NCBI GenBank assembly: GCA_033551855.1
Contig: JAWSUI010000004.1
Coordinates: 121,277-134,047, forward strand
Length of the DNA stretch: 12,771 bases
Direction: 5' to 3'
From: Deferrisomatales bacterium
GTDB lineage: Bacteria; Desulfobacterota; Deferrisomatia; Deferrisomatales; JACRMM01
The notes under the pieces: generated by a model
The model's database searches: none
What the model was told of the DNA's origin: nothing
Seen by the model: only the letters and a program-made list of their open reading frames with translations
Program-made: the position numbers and the translations under genes
Shown: one piece after another, positions 7,230 through 12,771 of the stretch
Layout of the letters: each line of letters opens with the position of its first letter
Position numbering within the stretch: the stretch's first letter is position 1

Positions 7230-7646
7230 ATGAGGACCTTGGTCAGAATTGCAGTGCTCGCCGCACTCGTCGCCTATGGCTGTCTCCTGCGCCACGTCAC
7301 CAAGGAAATCCCTCCGCCCGGGGGGTGCGACCAGTGTCACCGGTACACCATTGCCGGACGCTGGGAGGTGAGCCTTGCCCCCGTCCCCTTGGGGCGAGAG
7401 GGGGGGATCCCGGAAGACACGGATATCATCTTGCGCGAGCTTCGCGACGCCCCCGTGCACCGGGCGGTGCCGACCCGACGACTCGAAGTGTTCGCCGCCG
7501 CTGCCCCGCCGGAGGCGGTGGGCGACGCGGAGACCGGCATCCAGTGCTTCGTGTGCCACCGTTCCCCCGGCCCCCCGCACCGGGAGCTGCGAGGGACCTT
7601 TCCCCATCCCTGGGGAAGGGGGAGGGACGGTCACGCCGGCGAGTAG
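7230..7646 (+). CDS. Small exported or membrane-anchored diheme c-type cytochrome (uncharacterised)
   Basis: Basic plus hydrophobic N-terminus MRTLVRIAVLAALVAYG. Two CxxCH motifs: CDQCH (res 33-37) and CFVCH (res 106-110). Extra His residues could be distal ligands. Strong SD. Confidence 0.72.
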   Translation: MRTLVRIAVLAALVAYGCLLRHVTKEIPPPGGCDQCHRYTIAGRWEVSLAPVPLGREGGIPEDTDIILRELRDAPVHRAVPTRRLEVFAAAAPPEAVGDAETGIQCFVCHRSPGPPHRELRGTFPHPWGRGRDGHAGE

Positions 7647-7697
7647 GAGAGGTCGGCGGTGTGACAACCCCGACGAGAGAGAGACCGTACACGCCCC

Positions 7698-8297
7698 ATG
7701 AGCTCCGCCGCGCCGCGCATCCTGATCGTGGACGATGAAGAGACGTTGCTCGGGAGCCTGTCGAAGGCCGCCCGGGAATCCGGCTACCAGACGGATACCG
7801 CCCGGGATGGCGCGGAAGCGTGGCAACGACTCGCGGGGGAGGGGTACGACCTGGTGGTCACCGACTTGCGGATGCCGGGGGTGGACGGCCAGGAGCTTCT
7901 GAGGAGGATCCAGGGGGCCGGGCTCGCCGTGAAGGTGGTGGTGATCACGGGCTTCGCGACCCTGGAGGCTGCGGTAGACTGCCTGCGCAAGGGGGCGGTG
8001 GACTTTCTCGTCAAACCCTTCCCGGTGGAGGAGTTTCTCCGCAGCGTGGCCCGGGCGCTGGGCCGGCGGACCCCCGAGGGGGTGACGGGGCCGGACTGGG
8101 CCGCGGTCTCGGCACGCTTCGGCCTCACCCGGAGGCAAACCGAGGTCCTGCGGGCGCTGTACACGACGGGGATGACCAACCGGGACCTGGCGCGGCACCT
8201 CTGCCTGAGCCCCCACACCGTCAAGTCCCACCTGAAGCAGGCGTTCCAGAAGGTGGGCGTCGCGACCCGGGCCCAACTGCTGCACAGCTTGCGTTGA
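7698..8297 (+). CDS. Response regulator, receiver plus LuxR-type HTH
   Basis: REC: ILIVDDE, DLVVTDLRMP, VITGF, GAVDFLVKPF. LuxR HTH: LTRRQTEVL...GMTNRDLARHLCLSPHTVKSHLKQAFQKVGV. Confidence 0.92.
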   Translation: MSSAAPRILIVDDEETLLGSLSKAARESGYQTDTARDGAEAWQRLAGEGYDLVVTDLRMPGVDGQELLRRIQGAGLAVKVVVITGFATLEAAVDCLRKGAVDFLVKPFPVEEFLRSVARALGRRTPEGVTGPDWAAVSARFGLTRRQTEVLRALYTTGMTNRDLARHLCLSPHTVKSHLKQAFQKVGVATRAQLLHSLR

Positions 8298-8315
8298 AGG
8301 GTGGCGGGGCGGGCC

Positions 8316-8762
8316 CTACTCCACCTGCACAGGGATCGCCTGGCCCTCGACTCCGGCCCTCTTGGGGAGCGTGACCCGCAGGACCCCGGCGCGATACGTG
8401 GCGCTGGCGCCTCCCGGGTCGACCACGCTCGGCAGCCGGAACACGCGCTGGAAGATGCCGTTGGGCCGTTCAATCCGGTGGTAGCTCAGGACAGCGGGGT
8501 CTGCCGGGAGGAGTCGTTCCCCCCGCAGAACCAGCCGGTCGTCGGTGATCTCGAGGTGGATGTCCTCTCGGATCATGCCGGGAAGCTCGGCGGAGAGAAC
8601 GAAGCACTCGTCGGCCTCACGGATATCGACTGCCGGGCACCAGTGGCTGGGAACCGAATCCCCCTCCGTCCGGTCCCTCCCGCCTTGCTCGTCGAAGAGG
8701 CGGTACAGGGTCTCCTGCAGGCCCATCAAGTCTCGAAATACCTCGTCCGACCCTTTGCCCAT
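8316..8762 (-). CDS. Small heat-shock protein, Hsp20/alpha-crystallin family (148 aa)
   Basis: W.PAVDIRE, AELPGM, LVLRGER, YHRIER..G.F.R.F.LP, A.Y..GVL.V.LPK and C-terminal IPV (IxI-like). Start reassigned to ATG8762, with GGGGGAG SD upstream. Confidence 0.93.
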   Translation of the reverse strand: MGKGSDEVFRDLMGLQETLYRLFDEQGGRDRTEGDSVPSHWCPAVDIREADECFVLSAELPGMIREDIHLEITDDRLVLRGERLLPADPAVLSYHRIERPNGIFQRVFRLPSVVDPGGASATYRAGVLRVTLPKRAGVEGQAIPVQVE

Positions 8763-8817
8763 GCTCGCTCCCCCGATCTTCTTCCAGACGCCGTAAACCG
8801 GAGAGGGGTGTGAGGCC

Positions 8818-8846
8818 AGCCTAGGGGAGGGCAGGAACCGCGTCAA
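8818..8846 (-). promoter_or_regulatory. Promoter of hsp20 (sigma70-like, also readable as RpoH-like)
   Basis: Minus strand TTGACG-N17-TAGGCT. The overlapping reading CTTGAC-N14-CCCCTA resembles the RpoH consensus CTTGAA-N13/14-CCCCAT. Confidence 0.55.
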
Positions 8847-9039
8847 GCGTTCCCCGGCGGCCGGGTGTGCCGAAGAGACCCATCGCCGGCCCGGGAATCC
8901 TCATCGACCCGCGTAAGAGCGCCGGACGCTCGGGGGTCCATCGCCCGGGAGGCAATCACGCCGAGCCTGATTCCTCCGGACCGGAGCCGGGGCCACCCTC
9001 CGGGGCTCCCCGGCCTTGCCGTGTCCTGGGGGCGCGGCC

Positions 9040-9067
9040 TTGCCCCGCGGGCTTTTCCGGGTACACT
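9040..9067 (+). promoter_or_regulatory. Possible sigma70 promoter for the DUF362-polyferredoxin operon
   Basis: TTGCCC (9040-9045), 16-bp spacer, TACACT (9062-9067). Confidence 0.35.
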
Positions 9068-9208
9068 GGTCGGCGCGCCCCGGAAGTCGCCTCGGGGATC
9101 ACCCCGTCATCCTGAGAAGCCTCCCTCTCCAGCGCTGCCCGGGGTCTTCGGCGGCCGGAAGGGGCCGCCCCGAGCAAGGGGTGGTCCTTGGGGGCCGTGG
9201 AGCCGCCG

Positions 9209-10138
9209 ATGAGAGACCTCTTCCAAGAACGGCGCCGATTCCTGAAGCGCCTTGCACGGCTCGGCCTCTTCGCCGCGGGTTCCGGCGGGGTGTGGACCCT
9301 GGACCTCCGGCGGGCCCGGGCGGCAGCGGCCCCGGAGCCCCAGCCGGTGGCCGTGGCGGAGGGGCCCGATGAGGCCTTTTTGGTCCGCCTGGTCCTGGAG
9401 AAGCTTGGGGGCATGGGGCGCTTCGTCCGCCCGGGGGCCCAGGTGGTGGTCAAGCCCAACATCGCCTGGGACCGCACCCCGGAGGAGGGAGCGAACACCC
9501 ACCCCGCGGTGGTAGCCGAGGTCTGCCGTCTGGCGCGGGAGTCGGGGGCGGCCCAGGTGCGCGTCTTCGACCGCCCCTGCAACGACGGGCGTCGCACCTA
9601 CGAGAGATCCGGGGTCCGGGCCGCGGTGGAGGGGCTCGGAGACCGAAGGGTGCGCCTGGAGCACGTGCGCGACGAGTGGTTCGAGGTGGTGGACCTCCCG
9701 GGTGCCCGGGCGCTGGACCGGTGGCCCCTGTATCGGCCGGCGCTGGCGGCGGACGTGCTCATCAACGTCCCGGTGCTCAAGCACCACGGCCTCACCGGGG
9801 TCACCGTAGGCCTCAAGAATCTCATGGGGGTGATGGGCGGAAACCGGGGGCGGATCCATCAGGGGATCGATCAGAACCTGGTGGACCTGAACCGAGTGGT
9901 TCGCTCCCATCTCACGGTGGTGGACGCCACCCGTATCCTCCTCCGTGGGGGGCCCCAGGGCGGCGGAACCGACGGGGTCCGAGTGGCCCACCGGGTGGCC
10001 GCCTCGGCGGACGTGGTGGCTGCCGATGCCTGGGGCGCCCGGGAGTTCGGGGTCGAACCGTTCGACATCGGGCACTTGCGGGCGGCCCACGAGCAGGGCT
10101 TGGGTGTCGGGGACCTCTCCCGGGTAGCCATTCTGTGA
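9209..10138 (+). CDS. DUF362 domain protein with twin-arginine (Tat) signal peptide, 309 aa
   Basis: ATG9209 with GGAG at 9199-9202. ERRRFLK Tat motif, h-region and ARA-AAA cleavage-like site. DUF362 motifs LGGM..FV..G..VVVKPN, NTHP, INVPVLKHH, TVGLKNLMG and D.VAADA. Confidence 0.88.
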   Translation: MRDLFQERRRFLKRLARLGLFAAGSGGVWTLDLRRARAAAAPEPQPVAVAEGPDEAFLVRLVLEKLGGMGRFVRPGAQVVVKPNIAWDRTPEEGANTHPAVVAEVCRLARESGAAQVRVFDRPCNDGRRTYERSGVRAAVEGLGDRRVRLEHVRDEWFEVVDLPGARALDRWPLYRPALAADVLINVPVLKHHGLTGVTVGLKNLMGVMGGNRGRIHQGIDQNLVDLNRVVRSHLTVVDATRILLRGGPQGGGTDGVRVAHRVAASADVVAADAWGAREFGVEPFDIGHLRAAHEQGLGVGDLSRVAIL

Positions 10139-11676
10139 GGTGGTCGCTGCGGCCTTGGGTACAGGGGGCGCTCCTCCTCGGCTTCTTGGCCCTCTTCGGG
10201 CGGACGGCCTACCGGGGTGCGGACCTCCTGGATTGGCCTGTGCACCTGGTCTTCCACCTGGACCCGCTGGCGGCCCTTGCGGCGGTCTTGGCCGTCGGAC
10301 TCGCGGCCCTGTGGTCCGCGGCCTGGATCGGCGCCGGCGTGCTACTCCTCTTCACGGGCCTGCTGGGGCGGTTCTTCTGTGGCTGGATGTGCCCGTTGGG
10401 GGCCGCGCTGGAGGCTGGGGGAGCGGGATTGCGAAGGGCCGGAGGGATGCGGGGACCGTGGCTCCGCCTTCCCCGGGGAATGGCGGCGGGTGTTCTGGCC
10501 GCCCTCCTGGCCGCCGGGCTCCTGGGATTGCCCCTCCTGGGCCTTCTCGATCCTCTGAGCCTGTTTCTGAGGAGCCTTGCCCTGACGTTCCACCCGACGT
10601 TCGACGCGGGGGTCAAGGGGCTCCTCTCGGTCCTGAGCCTCTCGTCGCACCCGCCCGTGCAGGCGGTGGGCGATGCCCTGTACCGGGCGGCGGACCCGCT
10701 GCTCGCCTACGGGAGGCCCACGTTCCTCCTGGCCGCCCTGACGGCCGTGGTCTTCGCGGCATTGTTTGCGCTGGAGCTCCTCGCCCCGCGCACCTGGTGC
10801 ACGAGCCTGTGCCCGCTGGGCGCCCTGCTGGGAGTGGCGTCCCGCCTCTCTCCCTTCCGTCGGCGCCGAGCGCTGGAGTGCGGCCCCTGTACGGCCTGCG
10901 GAACGGCCTGCCCAACGGGAGCGGCCGCCGGGGAGCCGGTTTCCGATCCGGCCCTGTGCATCCAGTGTGGACGGTGCGAACGCGTCTGTGCCCAGGGGGG
11001 CCGACGGCCGGAGGCGGCGGCCCCCGGCCTCGCCCCGCCGGTCTCGCCGGGCCGGCGCGCGCTCTTGGCGTCGGCAGGAGGGGGGGCCCTCTTGGCCCTC
11101 ACCTCGCGGGTCCGGGCAGAGGAGAGAGAGCCGGCCTGGGATTTCCTCCGCCCCCCGGGGGCGGCGGGGGAAGCAGAGTTCCGGATGCGCTGCATCCGGT
11201 GCGGGGCCTGCATGCGGGTGTGCCCCCAGGGGGCCCTTCACCCGGCGCTGTTCAATTCGGGGTGGGGCGGGCTGTGGACCCCCCGCCTGGTGCCGCGGCT
11301 CGGGTACTGCGAGTACCACTGTCGGCTCTGCGGGCAGGTATGTCCGACGGGAGCGATCGGCTACCTGGAGCCAGGAGAAAAGGAGCAGGTGGTCCTCGGG
11401 ATCGCGGTGTTCGAGAAGGACCGCTGTTTGCCCTATCGGAACACCCAGAATTGCCTCGTGTGCGAAGAGCACTGCCCCACGGCCCCGAAGGCGATTGTGT
11501 TTCGGGAGGAAGTGCGCACCGACTCCGAAGGGGTTTCCCGCGCGGTGAAACTCCCGGAGGTCGTGGAGCGGCTCTGCGTGGGCTGCGGCATCTGCGAGAC
11601 GAGGTGCCCGCTGCCGGGAGCCGGCGCCATCCGTGTCGCTCGGGAGCGGCCCGGGGATTTGTCCATTTTTTTCTAG
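10135..11676 (+). CDS. Membrane-bound polyferredoxin: NapH/MauN-like TM domain fused to a NapG/MauM-like 4x[4Fe-4S] domain, 513 aa
   Basis: GTG10135 overlaps the DUF362 stop (GTGA). Multiple TM helices with GRFFCGWMCPLG and RTWCTSLCPLG, plus two CxxCxxCxxxC motifs. Then LRPPGA..E..F...CIRCGACMRVCP and three further Cys clusters. Confidence 0.88.
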   Translation: MRWSLRPWVQGALLLGFLALFGRTAYRGADLLDWPVHLVFHLDPLAALAAVLAVGLAALWSAAWIGAGVLLLFTGLLGRFFCGWMCPLGAALEAGGAGLRRAGGMRGPWLRLPRGMAAGVLAALLAAGLLGLPLLGLLDPLSLFLRSLALTFHPTFDAGVKGLLSVLSLSSHPPVQAVGDALYRAADPLLAYGRPTFLLAALTAVVFAALFALELLAPRTWCTSLCPLGALLGVASRLSPFRRRRALECGPCTACGTACPTGAAAGEPVSDPALCIQCGRCERVCAQGGRRPEAAAPGLAPPVSPGRRALLASAGGGALLALTSRVRAEEREPAWDFLRPPGAAGEAEFRMRCIRCGACMRVCPQGALHPALFNSGWGGLWTPRLVPRLGYCEYHCRLCGQVCPTGAIGYLEPGEKEQVVLGIAVFEKDRCLPYRNTQNCLVCEEHCPTAPKAIVFREEVRTDSEGVSRAVKLPEVVERLCVGCGICETRCPLPGAGAIRVARERPGDLSIFF

Positions 11677-11695
11677 TATTTGCGCCGGATAATTC

Positions 11696-11724
11696 TTGAC
11701 AGAATATGTGCACAGTCCTAGACT
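11696..11724 (+). promoter_or_regulatory. Sigma70 promoter of cysK
   Basis: TTGACA (11696-11701), 17-bp spacer, TAGACT (11719-11724), with an AT-rich upstream flank. Confidence 0.7.
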
Positions 11725-11728
11725 GTGC
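11710..11728. promoter_or_regulatory. Perfect 8-3-8 palindromic operator overlapping the cysK -10 element
   Basis: GCACAGTC-CTA-GACTGTGC. Confidence 0.6.
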
Positions 11729-11786
11729 CCTGTGAACCGGAAACCGGGGTTCGTCCCCCCTGACGACCCACACTGAGGAGACGGAC

Positions 11787-12719
11787 ATGGCTGGCATCTT
11801 CGATGACAACAGTCTGAGCATCGGCAACACCCCACTGGTCCGCTTGAACCGGATTTCCCAGGGTCTCAAGGGCACCCTGGTGGGCAAGGTCGAGGGCAGG
11901 AACCCCGCCTACTCGGTCAAGTGCCGGATCGGCGCGAGCATGATCTGGGACGCCGAGGAGAAGGGGGTGTTGAACCCGGGCGTGAGGGTCGTGGAGCCCA
12001 CGAGCGGCAACACCGGGATCGCCCTTGCCTTCGTGTGTGCGGCCCGAGGGTACCGCCTCCTTCTCACCATGCCCGAGACCATGAGCCTGGAGCGGCGGAA
12101 GATGCTCGCGGCCTTGGGCGCGGAGCTCGTCCTGACGCCCGGGAGCGAGGGAATGGGCGGGGCGATCCGCCGGGCCCAGGAGATGGCCGACGCGGACCCC
12201 GAGGGCGTCTTCATGCCCCACCAGTTCAAGAACCCCGCCAACCCCGAGATCCACTTCCGCACCACAGGACCCGAGATCTGGAACGACACGGACGGCGGGA
12301 TCGACATCCTGATCTCCGGTGTCGGCACGGGCGGGACCATCACGGGAGTGAGCCGTTACATCAAGCACGAGATGGGCAAGGCCATCCGCTCGGTGGCTGT
12401 GGAGCCTGCGAACTCCCCCGTCCTGTCGGGCGGCTCCCCCGGACCCCACAAGATCCAGGGGATCGGGGCGGGCTTCAAGCCCGACGTTCTCGATCTGTCG
12501 CTGGTGGACGAGGTGGTTCAGGTGACGGACGAGGAGGCCTTCGAGTTTGCCCGGCGCTTGGCACGGGAGGAGGGCATCATCTCGGGGATCTCTTGCGGTG
12601 CGGCCGCGGCGGCTGCGGTGACGGTGGCCTCCCGTCCGGAGTCCGAAGGAAAGACGGTGGTGGTCATCCTGCCCGACTCCGGGGAGCGCTACCTCTCCAC
12701 CGCCCTCTTCGAAGGCTAG
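11787..12719 (+). CDS. cysK: Cysteine synthase A (O-acetylserine sulfhydrylase)
   Basis: [20 protein letters not shown] (PLP Lys), [41 protein letters not shown] and [19 protein letters not shown] at 11775-11780. Confidence 0.96.
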   Translation: MAGIFDDNSLSIGNTPLVRLNRISQGLKGTLVGKVEGRNPAYSVKCRIGASMIWDAEEKGVLNPGVRVVEPTSGNTGIALAFVCAARGYRLLLTMPETMSLERRKMLAALGAELVLTPGSEGMGGAIRRAQEMADADPEGVFMPHQFKNPANPEIHFRTTGPEIWNDTDGGIDILISGVGTGGTITGVSRYIKHEMGKAIRSVAVEPANSPVLSGGSPGPHKIQGIGAGFKPDVLDLSLVDEVVQVTDEEAFEFARRLAREEGIISGISCGAAAAAAVTVASRPESEGKTVVVILPDSGERYLSTALFEG

Positions 12720-12771
12720 GCGGAAGTTCTGGTGCAGAAATCGTCTAACCTCCTTGAATAGCTGAAGGTTT

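Noticed and set aside
7000..7233. 77-aa ORF overlapping the cytochrome start (ATGA)
   Set aside because: No motif or SD, and it contains the promoter-like TTGACA-N16-TACGCT for the cytochrome gene.
9029..9043. Sigma54 motif upstream of DUF362
   Set aside because: GGCGCG...TTGC is one base short of the required GG-N10-GC spacing in the consensus register.
9070..9200. Moco/Wco or TPP riboswitch in the DUF362 leader (CTGAGA, GCCTCCC, GGAAGGGG words; several hairpins)
   Set aside because: Only isolated words match, and spacing and remaining conserved elements do not fit. Hairpins are expected by chance at this GC. An Rfam scan would settle it.
9676..10134. N-terminal extension of the 666-aa ORF
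   Set aside because: Overlaps DUF362 in another frame and is low-complexity. GTG10135 with GTGA coupling is the plausible start.
1..12771. CRISPR array, tRNA, rRNA or integrase
   Set aside because: No regularly spaced direct repeats, cloverleaf or recombinase motifs were seen.

Overview
High-GC chromosomal window from what looks like an anaerobic deltaproteobacterium-like organism (inferred from gene content only). It holds 11 well-supported CDSs: a 4x[4Fe-4S] ferredoxin translationally coupled to an aldehyde:ferredoxin oxidoreductase (AOR); a lower-GC REC-GAF-GGDEF diguanylate cyclase (-); a MepM-like M23 peptidase with an HxC variant motif; an Imm-type superinfection immunity protein (-); a small two-CxxCH cytochrome c followed by a REC-LuxR regulator; Hsp20 (-); a Tat-signal DUF362 protein coupled to a NapH/NapG-like membrane polyferredoxin; and cysK. 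The 1.16-kb non-coding gap (3954-5118) is the most structured part. It contains a sigma54-like promoter, a 151-bp TAG-flanked MITE-like element, a REP-like palindrome and a ~200-nt nested, potentially switchable RNA structure in the M23 gene leader that I cannot assign to a known family. The best candidates for undescribed biology are that leader RNA, the DUF362/polyferredoxin redox module and the diheme cytochrome/regulator pair. All calls come from reading motifs by eye; no searches were run.
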